A DNA stretch of 32,000 bases from an uncultured Chloroflexia bacterium (GCA_963718915.1 CAVRAI010000012.1:1-32000), one strand, 5' to 3'; positions 1-9,251 are shown, counted from the first letter of the stretch. The notes: a model not told the origin generated them from the sequence alone. Translations and numbers: made by a program.

Positions 1-23
1 TCCCCTCCCTATTATCACTCATG

Positions 24-134
24 CTACGTCGAGATGAGCGGAATTGCCAGCAGCGCCAGCAGAACGTCCGTCGCCTGGATGCGCTGCACAGGGATATAGA
101 GCAGGCCCAGCATGGGCGGTTGATTGGTGGCGGT
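24..134 (-). pseudogene. Remnant 3' end of an EamA/DMT-type transporter gene (about 36 codons ending at a TAG stop at 24-26)
   Basis: Minus-strand translation reads TATNQPPMLGLLYIPVQRIQATDVLLALLAIPLIST-stop. Nt 25-86 match nt 1379-1440 (3' end of the intact EamA gene) at 58 of 62 positions. An in-frame stop at 135-137 closes the frame upstream, so only a fragment remains. Confidence 0.5.
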
Positions 135-137
135 TCA

Positions 138-183
138 TTCGTTCCAATCGATCTGGGACGAACATTCCAATCCGTGTTAGAAT
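138..183 (+). promoter_or_regulatory. Candidate arsR promoter/operator: imperfect inverted repeat plus extended -10
   Basis: TTCGTTCCA-N7-TGGGACGAA at 138-162 has 9-nt arms with one mismatch. TGtTAGAAT at 175-183 ends 6 nt before the ATG at 190, which would give a leaderless or near-leaderless mRNA. No obvious SD precedes this ATG. Confidence 0.3.
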
Positions 184-189
184 GATGTT

Positions 190-561
190 ATGGACGACAC
201 AAACAATGAACGCTGCGATCTGGTGTGTCTCGATCTGCCGCGTGCGGCGACGCTCCGTGACAAGCGCCTCTCAGCCGAGGGCGCACAGTTCGCCGCGACT
301 GCCGCGCAAGCGTTGGCAGACCCAACACGCCTGATCATCGCGGCACTCCTTCGCGACGGCGGAGAGTTATGCGTGTGCGACCTGGCCTGGCTCACAGGGA
401 AAGCGATTAATCTCGTCTCCCACCATCTCAAGACGTTGCGAATGGGGGGGCTTGTCACCGCCCGACGAGAGGGCAAGCTCGTCTTGTACACACTAACGCC
501 GCGTGGCCGCGAACTGGTCGAGGCGCTACTGCAACCAACACATCGCGAGGTAGCTGTATGA
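190..561 (+). CDS. ArsR/SmtB-family metalloregulator, CadC-like
   Basis: Winged-helix signature LADPTRLIIAALL..ELCVCDLAWLTGKAINLVSHHLKTLRMGGLVTARREGKLVLYTL. N-terminal CDLVC (C-x3-C) plus the alpha3 CVC motif. The stop overlaps the next start (ATGA at 558-561). Confidence 0.85.
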   Translation: MDDTNNERCDLVCLDLPRAATLRDKRLSAEGAQFAATAAQALADPTRLIIAALLRDGGELCVCDLAWLTGKAINLVSHHLKTLRMGGLVTARREGKLVLYTLTPRGRELVEALLQPTHREVAV

Positions 562-1271
562 ACGTAGGAGATGCAGGCGTCGTTCGCGTCGGTGTACTGG
601 GGCCCGACGACCGAGCGAGGTGGGTGCGGCGTGCCCGACTGCTGGCTGGACTGGGTGTAGGGTGGCATGCTGTCGAAGCCGCGATTGCCATCATCGCTGG
701 CGTGTTTGCAGGCTCCATCGCCCTCGTTGGGTTCGGGGCAGATTCGGTCGTCGAGGCACTCGCCGGATTCATTGTCCTCTGGCGCTTTGCTGCAGTACGA
801 GCATCTTCCGAGACGGCAGAGCGGCGCGCGCAGCAGATGATCGCGATAAGCTTCTTCCTCATTGCTGCCTATGTCGGCGTGGAGGCTATCCGAAATTTGC
901 TGAGCGGTGAGATTCCCCAGGCCAGTTGGCTGGGTATTGGTCTGGCCGCCGTGACTACCGTGACAATGCCGCTGCTGGCGCGGGCGAAGGCACGAGTGGG
1001 AGATCAACTCGGCTCATCGGCAACCAAAAGCGAGGGGCGGCAAAACATGTTGTGCGCCTACCTGTCTGTGGCTCTTCTCATTGGTCTTAGCGCCAATGCA
1101 TTGCTCGGTTGGTGGTGGGCTGATCCCCTCACAGCGCTTGCCATTGCGGGAGTCGCCGTTAGGGAGGGCCGGGAAACCTGGAAGGGCGATCCTTGCTGCG
1201 ATGATGAGGCGCTACTCGCGCAAGGAGCTACCTGTGCGGATGACAGCTGTCATGATGACTGTTGTCACTAG
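558..1271 (+). CDS. CDF-like cation efflux membrane protein with a Cys/His-rich C-terminal tail
   Basis: GAGG lies 8 nt upstream of the ATG, and the start is coupled to arsR. Multiple TM helices and the motif GSIALVGFGADSVVEALAGFIVLWRF, typical of short cation-transporter/CDF-like proteins. The tail is CCDDEALLAQGATCADDSCHDDCCH. It lacks the usual cytoplasmic CDF C-terminal domain. Confidence 0.65.
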   Translation: MNVGDAGVVRVGVLGPDDRARWVRRARLLAGLGVGWHAVEAAIAIIAGVFAGSIALVGFGADSVVEALAGFIVLWRFAAVRASSETAERRAQQMIAISFFLIAAYVGVEAIRNLLSGEIPQASWLGIGLAAVTTVTMPLLARAKARVGDQLGSSATKSEGRQNMLCAYLSVALLIGLSANALLGWWWADPLTALAIAGVAVREGRETWKGDPCCDDEALLAQGATCADDSCHDDCCH

Positions 1272-1377
1272 CCGCATGAGAAGGGTCGAAGATTATCAGC
1301 GGCTGCACAGCATGCTAGTGTAGGTTGGACGCAACCGCACCACGCGGGACTGTAGGTATACTTGTTCGCAGCTCGAA

Positions 1378-2217
1378 TTACGTCGAGATGAGCGGAATCG
1401 CCAGTAGCGCCAGCAGGACGCCCGTCGCCTGGATGCGCTGGATCCGCTCGCGTAGCACAAGCGCCGCCAGCAGCACGGTGGCCGCCGGATAGAGCGCGGA
1501 GAGGATCGCCGCGATATCGAGACGCCCGCTATGAGCGGCCAGCACGAAGAAGGTATTGCCGACGGCGTCCAGGATGCCTGTGGCCACCACCAGCGGCGCA
1601 ACGTTTTTCCCCGGCAAGATCGGCTGCCGCCGCGCCAGCAGCACGACCAGCAGGAGGATGATCGAGACGAAGCGCGCCATCGCCAGCGGCCAGAAGACGG
1701 CTCCCGGGCTGACCCGGCTGATGAGGATGAAGAAACAGCCAAAGCCGCAGCCAGCCAGCAAGGCCAGCCCGATCCCTTTGGGCGACCCTCCGGCGCGTTC
1801 CGGGCGCGATATCAGCCCAATCGCGAGCAGCGCCAGCACAAAGCCGCCCAGCTGCAACACATGGGGAAGTCCAGTGGTGAAGATGCTGAAGAGGACGGGG
1901 AGTGTCGCTGTCAGTATGGCCGAGACGGGAGCGGCCAGCCCCATCTTTCCGGTTGCGAGGGCCGAATAGAATGCCAGCAGTCCGAGGACGCCCGCCACAC
2001 CGGCCAGCCCTCCCCAGAGCAGGTCGATGGGTCGGGGGAATGGCTCGCGCCAGATCAGCGCCAGCGAGACCAGCAAAGCAAGCCCTATCGTATACGCGCC
2101 CACGATAACACTGGAGGCGCTGGCGCGACGGGAGGCCAGCCCACCGCTAAAATCACCGCTGCCCCAGCACAGGGAAGCGCTCAGACCAAAGACAACGGTG
2201 GCGAAGAGATGATCCAT
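1378..2217 (-). CDS. EamA/DMT-family transporter (279 aa)
   Basis: About ten hydrophobic helices and two EamA-like halves. Start placed at the internal ATG (MDHLFATVVFGLSASLCWGSGDF), because the 70-codon upstream extension in the ORF track is non-membrane and Arg/Ala-rich. Confidence 0.85.
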   Translation of the reverse strand: MDHLFATVVFGLSASLCWGSGDFSGGLASRRASASSVIVGAYTIGLALLVSLALIWREPFPRPIDLLWGGLAGVAGVLGLLAFYSALATGKMGLAAPVSAILTATLPVLFSIFTTGLPHVLQLGGFVLALLAIGLISRPERAGGSPKGIGLALLAGCGFGCFFILISRVSPGAVFWPLAMARFVSIILLLVVLLARRQPILPGKNVAPLVVATGILDAVGNTFFVLAAHSGRLDIAAILSALYPAATVLLAALVLRERIQRIQATGVLLALLAIPLIST

Positions 2218-2377
2218 GACAAAAACCCTACAAAAACCTTGGGCTAATGCGTGCGAGGCCTGAAATGCGCCCCAGCGCAACGTGGCGCGGCTATCTGTTG
2301 CCGCGCCTATGATGTAGTCTATCACCGCTGCGGTGATGAATACCCGTTGCGCTCTGGATGTGACAAACGGTGTCGCG

Positions 2378-2896
2378 CTAGAAGCGCCAGCGAGTCGCGC
2401 CGTATGGCTCCTCAGTCGCCACGCCATATGCTACAACAGGCGCCATGACGTAGAGGTTCCAGGGAGACGGTCCGGCGCTCGGCGCGCTGTATGCGGCGGT
2501 GATGGCGTCGTCGCCCGCGCTTGCCGGCCACCCCTGCGCCGCGTAGCGTTCCGCGATGCGCTGAAGGGTAACGCGGTCGGTTACCCGCGACGCCGTCCCT
2601 TCGATGACAAGGTCGATGGTCGGAAGGTTCACCGAGATGGCGCAGTTCGGGTTCTCGGCCAGGTTGTGGCTCTTGCGCGTCCCGGCGCCGCTCGTGAAGT
2701 AAAACGTGCCGTCAACCCAGAGCGCGCCTATTCCCGCGACGTGTGGCCGCCCATCAGTGGAGACGGTTGCTAGCCAGAAGGTTTTCTTCGTGTCGGTTGC
2801 GGCGATGTTCTCCAACTCTTCGAGCGCGCGCGACCATGGAATCGGCGGATCACCATAGGTGTCGAGGTTCTTCTCGTCCATAGCATGCTTCTGCAT
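2378..2896 (-). CDS. Pyridoxamine 5'-phosphate oxidase (PPOX)-family / F420- or FMN-binding split-barrel protein
   Basis: GGAGGG lies 6 nt upstream of the ATG at 2896. Pattern FWLATVSTDGRPHVAGIGALWVDGTFYFTSGAGTRKSHNLAENP is typical of the PPOX class. The gene sits 2 nt downstream of the preceding gene. Confidence 0.8.
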   Translation of the reverse strand: MQKHAMDEKNLDTYGDPPIPWSRALEELENIAATDTKKTFWLATVSTDGRPHVAGIGALWVDGTFYFTSGAGTRKSHNLAENPNCAISVNLPTIDLVIEGTASRVTDRVTLQRIAERYAAQGWPASAGDDAITAAYSAPSAGPSPWNLYVMAPVVAYGVATEEPYGATRWRF

Positions 2897-2898
2897 CC

Positions 2899-3501
2899 TT
2901 ATCCCTCCTTCACTGTCGGTTCGGCCAACTGATAAGTCGCGATCACTACGCCCGTGGTCGTCGTCACCGAGTTGGTCAGCCGGAATGTGGCGAACGCGCC
3001 GCCGTCGGCAAAGAGATGGCGGCCTGATCCGAGCACTAGCGGGTGGATGAGCAGTGTGAACTGGTCGATCAGATTGTGCCGCATCAGCGACTGGATCAGC
3101 TCGCCGCTACCGAGAATCACGATGTCCGCCCCCGGTTGCTGCTTCAGGCTCGCCACCGCCTCCGCAACGTCGCCTTTGAGCAGCGTAGAGTTGCTCCACG
3201 GCAGCGGCTCGGCCAGCGTTGTTGACGCCACGTACTTCTGCGCGTTGTTGAGCACGTCGGTGAAGGGATTGTCGGTGCGGTTGGGCCAGACGGCGTAGAA
3301 GTCCTCGTAGGTTCGTCGTCCGAAGAGCAACGCGCCACTGGTGGCCATTCCCTCGCCCATCGCCTTGCCCATGACCGCATCGTTATAGGGTAGCGCCCAG
3401 CCGCCGTACGTGAAACCGCCGCGACGATCCTCGTCGGGCCGCCCTGGCGCCTGCATCACGCCGTCGAGTGTCATGTTGTTGACCACGACAATTTTGCTCA
3501 T
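2899..3501 (-). CDS. Dihydrofolate reductase-family protein (RibD C-terminal domain type)
   Basis: GGAGAGG lies 7 nt upstream of the ATG at 3501. N-terminus MSKIVVVNNMTLDGVMQAPGRPDEDRRGGF and the motif DIVILGSGELIQSLMRHNLIDQFTLLIHPLVLGSG are characteristic of the family. Confidence 0.8.
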   Translation of the reverse strand: MSKIVVVNNMTLDGVMQAPGRPDEDRRGGFTYGGWALPYNDAVMGKAMGEGMATSGALLFGRRTYEDFYAVWPNRTDNPFTDVLNNAQKYVASTTLAEPLPWSNSTLLKGDVAEAVASLKQQPGADIVILGSGELIQSLMRHNLIDQFTLLIHPLVLGSGRHLFADGGAFATFRLTNSVTTTTGVVIATYQLAEPTVKEG

Positions 3502-3636
3502 GCTAACACCTCTCCGCTGCGCGCGCATATCACCGCTGTCGCGCTATATCGATGCCCATAGGGTTACACCCACTCATTGAGCACGCTGCGCACCGGGTAC
3601 AGCTTCTTCCATCTTGCGCTTTTCGGGCGCCGCTCG

Positions 3637-3894
3637 CTAAAGGTACACTTCGTCCACATAGCACCAGCGCCAGTCCTCGCCCGGCTGGAACGACTGGATG
3701 ATAGGATGGCCGGTCGCGTGAAAGTGTTTGGTGGCGTGTCTGTTCTTCGAGTTATCGCAACAGCCGATGTGACCACAGATCAGGCACTCGCGCAGGTGCA
3801 CCCAGGTATCGCCCATCTCCAGGCATTCCTTGCAGCCGTCGCCGCTCGCCGTCACGTCTCGAATCTCGTCCAGGTGCGTGCAATCTGTAGCCAT
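3637..3894 (-). CDS. UBP-type zinc-finger domain protein (85 aa)
   Basis: AAGGAGG lies 5 nt upstream of the ATG. Cys/His ladder CTHLD..CKECL..WVHLRECLICGHIGCCDNSKNRHATKHFHATGHP matches the Znf-UBP pattern. Confidence 0.8.
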   Translation of the reverse strand: MATDCTHLDEIRDVTASGDGCKECLEMGDTWVHLRECLICGHIGCCDNSKNRHATKHFHATGHPIIQSFQPGEDWRWCYVDEVYL

Positions 3895-3970
3895 GCGATC
3901 CTCCTTGCAGGGATGTTGCTATGTGCCATACCTCACGAGTATATGGTAGCTCAGTGCGTCGCGCTGGCTC

Positions 3971-5818
3971 TCATCTGTTGCGAAGATGCGCCTCCACCCG
4001 CGACCAGAAGGCCGCGAGCGACTCGCGGGCATCCTCAAACGAGCCATCGATGACGAGCAGGAAGCAGGGACGCCCGGCCTCCATCATCGCCTGCCAGGCG
4101 CCAACCGCCTGTGCGTGGAGGAATGCGTTGGTATAGCGCCCCAGCAGGCAGGCTTCAGTCTCCCGCGCGACGAGCCGCAGGCTGATGAGATTGGGCGGTC
4201 CATCCATCTCGCTCTGCTCCGTCGAGTGATAGGCGGCGGGCGCCTGACGCGGCTTCACCGGAACCCCTAGCAGCGTGTTCCCAATGGAGCGCGCATGCTG
4301 ACCCACCAGATCAAGCAGGTCGGCCCGCGCCTCTCCATTGATCGTCACATCCAGATACCCCAGCGGTACCTCCCAAAAACGCGCCTCCGCCAGCGCCCGC
4401 GCGAAGACAGACGCCGGGTGGGATGTGGCGGCATCTGGCTCAGATGCGATAATCCCAGCGGGAGCCAACAGCGTCAACATACCGTCATGCGAGGCTGGCT
4501 GCCAGCCAGACACAACGCCCAGCGGATCCGGTTGCTCGCGCAATGCGCGCGCCCGCGCCTTGTAATTTTCGACGGCGGGCTGTCCGGCGAACTGAATCCG
4601 GTGCAGGTAGCCGTAGAGCGCCATGGTCAACTGCCAGCCGAGGAAGCCGGCAACGAGGGCCGCCAGCCGGTCGCGTGGCTCCGTACTCGCGAGGGCAGGC
4701 TGGACGAGTACAAAGGAAGCGCCTTGGATCGCGGGCGCTTCGGTTACGACACGCGCCCGCAGCATGCCATCCTCGTGATAGCCCGGCGCCGCTGTATTTA
4801 GCGACTGCTCGCCGAAGACGACGATGCCCTTGCCGCCTTTGCCGAGGCTCTCTTCCATCAACTGTTCCAGCCAGGAGACGAAGACACTCCAACCTTCCGG
4901 CATGCTCACAAGTACCCGACAGGCGCCATCATTGCTGGCGGCGCTCAACGCGGCGGCGAGTTGCACGAAGCGATGCTCCGACGGGTGAGACGTGGCCAGA
5001 TCGAGGTCGTAGGCATCCCAGGCGGCCCGCAGCACTGCCCGCAGCTGCCCCGGCTCTTCGGATATACCGGTAAGATACAGGGCTGCCGGGAGCAGGAATA
5101 CCTGTGTTCCGGGGGCGCTCATCCGTCCGCCTGTGCCGGTTCCGCCATCGAGTTGCAGCGGACGAGTGGGCGCCTGGTGCTCGCGCGCGAAGGCATCGAG
5201 GTATGAGCCGGGGAGCGTCATCACCAGCAGATGGTTCGCCGGTCGCAAGCCAGCCTGTTCGAGCAGTGCGGCGAACCAGGACAGATGGGTAATCGGCTCC
5301 TCCGAGGTCATCCCCATCGCGACGCCGATCATCATCACATCGCGCAGGAGTGTGTGGAGGAATGCGGCATCCACAGGCCCAGACGCGGACGGCAGCGGAA
5401 GCCCCTTCGCCCCGGCAATCGCGCGGAGAATCGCGTTGAGCGCCGCGGGATCGGTGCTATCCAGCGGGTGAATCGTGATAGAGTTCTCGAGATCGCTATG
5501 GCTGCCATCGAAGCCAAGATCGCAGAGCACCCGCACCGTCAGAACCGAGCCGCCCATGCCCGCCCAGATGATGTGGCGGATACCACGCCCCCGAATGGCG
5601 CGCGCCTCGGCCTCCACACCCTCCAGCACATCTGGGTCGGCAAGCAGACGCGCAACCGCCTCGACCCAATCGAGCTTGAGCGCGCCGTTCTCGCTCCCCA
5701 GCGCCGCCATCAGACCATCACGCCGCCGCAACTGGCCGACCGCATCCTCGGCGATGAGTTGCTGTAGAGCGCGTTGCATCGCATATTCGCTCGCCATGGG
5801 GCAACGCCGCCTTTCCAC
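3971..5818 (-). CDS. Glucose-6-phosphate isomerase-like (PGI/SIS family) protein, atypically long (615 aa)
   Basis: IIWAGMGGSVLTVRVL (PGI GxGGS motif) and WLEQLMEESLGKGGKGIVVF (PGI ESxGK motif). The start is uncertain: ATG at 5818, or ATG at 5797 seven codons later. The gene lies 18 nt downstream of the LarA-like gene. Confidence 0.6.
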   Translation of the reverse strand: MERRRCPMASEYAMQRALQQLIAEDAVGQLRRRDGLMAALGSENGALKLDWVEAVARLLADPDVLEGVEAEARAIRGRGIRHIIWAGMGGSVLTVRVLCDLGFDGSHSDLENSITIHPLDSTDPAALNAILRAIAGAKGLPLPSASGPVDAAFLHTLLRDVMMIGVAMGMTSEEPITHLSWFAALLEQAGLRPANHLLVMTLPGSYLDAFAREHQAPTRPLQLDGGTGTGGRMSAPGTQVFLLPAALYLTGISEEPGQLRAVLRAAWDAYDLDLATSHPSEHRFVQLAAALSAASNDGACRVLVSMPEGWSVFVSWLEQLMEESLGKGGKGIVVFGEQSLNTAAPGYHEDGMLRARVVTEAPAIQGASFVLVQPALASTEPRDRLAALVAGFLGWQLTMALYGYLHRIQFAGQPAVENYKARARALREQPDPLGVVSGWQPASHDGMLTLLAPAGIIASEPDAATSHPASVFARALAEARFWEVPLGYLDVTINGEARADLLDLVGQHARSIGNTLLGVPVKPRQAPAAYHSTEQSEMDGPPNLISLRLVARETEACLLGRYTNAFLHAQAVGAWQAMMEAGRPCFLLVIDGSFEDARESLAAFWSRVEAHLRNR

Positions 5819-5836
5819 ATATGCCTGAGCGTCCGG

Positions 5837-7114
5837 TCACTCTCCGCGCAGCCGAAACAGCCGTTCGCCCGCATGTGGCACATAGAGGATGCCCTCGGCC
5901 TCGCGCCCCATCCATGCCGCCGGATCAATCGTGCGATAATCCGCATAGCCCAGGTTGATACGGCGGCAGCGCTCCTCCGGGATGCTCGTCGCCAGCGTGA
6001 CCGCGATGCGCGGCGTCTCAACGCCAGTGGCGGCATCGTACGCGCCCAGCCCCTTGACGTGCGTGCTGTGCGCCAGAATCATCCCCGGCACGTCCTTGAA
6101 GCGATCCCACTGCTTGAGGAAATAGTCTCTGACGTGGTAGCCGACCTCATCAATCAGCCTGCCATGCGTATAGGACACCTCGGTGATGTGCGGCGCGTAG
6201 ATGATAACCTCGCCGCCATCGGCGATCACCGGCTCGGTCTTATACATTGCCTTGGCCGCCGTCCACAAATCGTCGTAGATCTCCGCCGGGGCCGAGAGCA
6301 CACGCTGAAATGGGCGATCTACGTAGGTGATATCCAGCTGGGCCGAGAGGGCCGCCGCCGCGCTCCAGGCCTCGGTGAGCGAGCCGATAAAGAGACCGTG
6401 AAGCTCCTTGCTCCGCATCACTAGCGCCAGGTAGACAACCGGGCGCGGCACAAACCCCGCCGCACGGGTGATGATACGGCGCACCGGAGTATCCTTGACG
6501 CCGATGGTGTGCATGCTGGTCACCAGCGCGCCGAGCCAGTGGGTGAAGTTGATGATGTCCGGCCCCGCGATGCCAGGGAAAAGATACTTGGCGCCCCCGG
6601 AGAATCCAGCGACCTCATGGGGAAAGACCGGCCCGCAAATTAGCACGAGGTCATAGGCGCTAATCAGGCGATTGAGCGTGACCGGCACGTCCTCGGCGAG
6701 CAGCCCGCCGGTCAGCGCGGCTGCCTCATCACGCGAGATGACACCGATGGTCTCGAGCGCCTGCGGATTGTTCCACTCATGGTTGAAGATGCGCACATTT
6801 GGGTAGCGCTCGGTGCGTTCAGCGTCCGTCACGCCCACCAGGCGGTCGATGGCTTCCGGCGACATGGGTGGATGGGTTCCCAGCGCGATCAGGTAATCTA
6901 ACTGAGCGACCCGCCGTCCAAATCGCTCATAGAGCAGGCGGAAGAGAAGCGGGATTGGTGCGGTGCGCGTCCCATCGGGAATGATGACCAGCACGCGCCT
7001 GCCGGTCGGGTCAAGCTCGTCGCCGACGAACAGATCAGCATCCGCCGTGGCAAGCACGCTCTGCACATCATCTAGCGTCAATGCAGTTGTGGCTGAACCC
7101 TTCCCAAGCACCAT
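5837..7114 (-). CDS. LarA-family (DUF2088) nickel-pincer-cofactor-dependent racemase/epimerase homologue
   Basis: VLVIIPDGTRTAP N-terminal motif, ALGTH, and PHEVAGFSGGAKYLFPGIAGPDIINFTH with H-x9-K-x15-H spacing. AGGAG lies 10 nt upstream of the ATG at 7114. Confidence 0.8.
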   Translation of the reverse strand: MVLGKGSATTALTLDDVQSVLATADADLFVGDELDPTGRRVLVIIPDGTRTAPIPLLFRLLYERFGRRVAQLDYLIALGTHPPMSPEAIDRLVGVTDAERTERYPNVRIFNHEWNNPQALETIGVISRDEAAALTGGLLAEDVPVTLNRLISAYDLVLICGPVFPHEVAGFSGGAKYLFPGIAGPDIINFTHWLGALVTSMHTIGVKDTPVRRIITRAAGFVPRPVVYLALVMRSKELHGLFIGSLTEAWSAAAALSAQLDITYVDRPFQRVLSAPAEIYDDLWTAAKAMYKTEPVIADGGEVIIYAPHITEVSYTHGRLIDEVGYHVRDYFLKQWDRFKDVPGMILAHSTHVKGLGAYDAATGVETPRIAVTLATSIPEERCRRINLGYADYRTIDPAAWMGREAEGILYVPHAGERLFRLRGE

Positions 7115-7146
7115 AATGCTACCACTCCTGTTCTCTGCTTTTCCCG

Positions 7147-7983
7147 CTAGACACCGCTGAAGGAGGAGAATCCGCCATCGACCGGGACGACAACGCCTGT
7201 GACGAACGCCGACGCTGGGCTGACCAGCCAGAGCAACGTGCCCACCAGATCCTCAGGCCGACCCATCCGGCCCGCAGGTGTGTGGCTGATGATCGCCTGC
7301 CCGCGTGGCGTCGGCGCGCCCGCCTCATCGGTGAGCAGGTAGCGGTTCTGTTCGGTCAGGAAGAAGCCAGGAGCCACGGCGTTGACGCGGATGCGCGGGC
7401 TATACTCCTGCGCCATATGCACGGCGAGCCACTGAGTGAAGTTGGCGACGGCGGCCTTGGCCGCGCTGTAGGCTGGGATGCGGGTCAGCGGGCGCAGCGC
7501 GTTCATTGAGGTGATGTTGACGATGCAGCCCTCGCCACGATCCGCCATGGCGCGCCCGAAAACCTGGCAGCATTGAAAGGTGCCGGTGAAGTTGAGCGCG
7601 AAGACGGTATTGACGGCGCTGGCGTCCAGATCGAAGAAGCTATGCTCAGCCGATGTGGTCGCCATGGGCGAATTGCCGCCCGCCGCGTTGACCAGAATAT
7701 CCACTGGCCCAAACGCGCGCGTGACCTGCTCGCGCGCATGCTCAATGGCGGCGCGATCCAGCACATCGCACGCGACGCCCATGGCTGACCCGCCATACGC
7801 CCTGATGTCTTCTGCCGCGGCATCCGCCGTTTCGGCATGACGCCCCAGAATGGCGACCTGTACGCCCGCCCGCGCGAGACCCAGCGCCATGGCGCGCCCC
7901 AACTGGCCGCTGCCGCCCGTGATGATGGCGACGCGCCCACGCACGTCGAAGAGCGCCTGCCCGTCGCGTTCCGCCTCTGGCAT
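7147..7983 (-). CDS. SDR-family oxidoreductase (gluconate-5-dehydrogenase / UxuB-like subgroup)
   Basis: GGAAGG lies 7 nt upstream of the internal ATG at 7983. Cofactor motif ITGGSGQLGRA, NAAG, catalytic YSAAKAAV, and C-terminal PAGRMGRPEDLVGTLLWLVSPASAFVTGVVVPVDGG. Confidence 0.85.
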   Translation of the reverse strand: MPEAERDGQALFDVRGRVAIITGGSGQLGRAMALGLARAGVQVAILGRHAETADAAAEDIRAYGGSAMGVACDVLDRAAIEHAREQVTRAFGPVDILVNAAGGNSPMATTSAEHSFFDLDASAVNTVFALNFTGTFQCCQVFGRAMADRGEGCIVNITSMNALRPLTRIPAYSAAKAAVANFTQWLAVHMAQEYSPRIRVNAVAPGFFLTEQNRYLLTDEAGAPTPRGQAIISHTPAGRMGRPEDLVGTLLWLVSPASAFVTGVVVPVDGGFSSFSGV

Positions 7984-7994
7984 GGTTCTACCTT

Positions 7995-8065
7995 CCGACA
8001 CGACTGCTCCGTTGAAGTTGGGAGCCAACTCCAACTATTGTACATCCATCGTGCAGTCGTGTCGG
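7995..8065 (-). promoter_or_regulatory. Long stem-loop: perfect 13-bp inverted repeat with a nested 5-bp hairpin, between xylA and the SDR gene
   Basis: CCGACACGACTGC at 7995-8007 and GCAGTCGTGTCGG at 8053-8065 are exact reverse complements. GTTGGgagCCAAC is nested inside. In the minus-strand mRNA the 3' arm abuts the SDR RBS (GTGTCGGAAGG). Confidence 0.4.
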
Positions 8066-8084
8066 CGGTGTTTCGTGGCTAGGG

Positions 8085-9251
8085 CTATCGCACGCCCAGC
8101 AGTAGCTCGATCACGAGCTGGTCAAGCGCCTCATACGGCTGGCCGCGCGCTCCCAGCGCCTGGCGATCGAAGACACGCGCGCTGAGCGCCTGGGCCGTCT
8201 CCCGCGAATACGGCTCCGTGGCAGCATCCTGCGCGCGAATCTGGGTCAGCAGTCCCTGAATCTCGTTGTCCTCCGCGAAACGCCTGGCCTTCTCTTTGAG
8301 GATGAGGTAGGTTCGCATACAGCCACGCGCGAACGCTTTGACATCGTCGGCGTCGGCGGTGCGGTAGGCATGCGCATCGAAGTGGCGCGAGCCATCGTAG
8401 CCGACCGATTCGAGGAACTGCACCAGGAAGAAGGCCACCTTCAGATTCTGCGCGCCAAAGCGGAAGTCCTGGTCGTAGCGGCCAATTACCTGATCGTTGA
8501 GGTCGATGTGGAAAAGCTTGCCCGCATCCCACGCCTGCGCGACCGCATGCAAGAAGTTCAAACCAGCCATCGTTTCGTGCGCGACCTCTGGATTGACGCC
8601 TACCATCTCCGGGTGATCGAGCGTCTGGATGAACGCCAGGGCGCTGCCAACCGTCGCCAGATAGATATCGCCGCGCGGCTCGTTGGGCTTCGGCTCCAGC
8701 GCGAATCTGAGGTCGTACCCCTGGTCGCGGACGTAGCTGGAGAGAAAATTGAGGGCGTCGCGCATGCGCTTCAGGCCATCGAGCGGGGATTTGGCGACGT
8801 CGGTTTCCACCCCCTCGCGTCCGCCCCAGAAGACGTAGGTTTTCGCCCCAAGCTCCACGCCCAGATCGATGGCGCGCATGGTCTTCTGCAAGGCATAGGC
8901 CCGCACCTGGGCGTCGTTGGACGTGAACGCGCCGTCCCGGAAAGCGGGATCAGTGAAGAGATTGGTCGTCGCCATCGGGATGACCACGCCCGTCTCGCTC
9001 AGCGCTTGCTTGAAGTCGCGCACAATCTGGTCGCGCTCGGCGGGGGTGGCATCAATCGAGACGAGATCATTGTCGTGGAAGTTGACACCCCACGCCCCAA
9101 CCTCGGCCAGCAGATGCACCAGCTCGACTGGTGAACGTGGCGCGCGCACTGGCTCGCCAAAGGGGTCGCGGCCAATGTTGCCGACGGTCCAGAGACCGAA
9201 GGTGAACTTATCAGCCGGGGTAGGGATAAAATCGGTCTGCGTAATTGGCAT
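8085..9251 (-). CDS. xylA: Xylose isomerase, class I (388 aa)
   Basis: [41 protein letters not shown] and [16 protein letters not shown] are hallmark class I XylA motifs. Start placed at ATG 9251 (GGAGG 10 nt upstream) rather than the TTG at 9260 used by the ORF track. Confidence 0.92.
   Translation of the reverse strand: MPITQTDFIPTPADKFTFGLWTVGNIGRDPFGEPVRAPRSPVELVHLLAEVGAWGVNFHDNDLVSIDATPAERDQIVRDFKQALSETGVVIPMATTNLFTDPAFRDGAFTSNDAQVRAYALQKTMRAIDLGVELGAKTYVFWGGREGVETDVAKSPLDGLKRMRDALNFLSSYVRDQGYDLRFALEPKPNEPRGDIYLATVGSALAFIQTLDHPEMVGVNPEVAHETMAGLNFLHAVAQAWDAGKLFHIDLNDQVIGRYDQDFRFGAQNLKVAFFLVQFLESVGYDGSRHFDAHAYRTADADDVKAFARGCMRTYLILKEKARRFAEDNEIQGLLTQIRAQDAATEPYSRETAQALSARVFDRQALGARGQPYEALDQLVIELLLGVR

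Noticed and set aside
2218-2427. 70-codon N-terminal extension of the EamA ORF
   Set aside because: The extension is non-membrane, basic and unlike EamA N-termini. The family-typical first helix starts right after the internal ATG at 2217.
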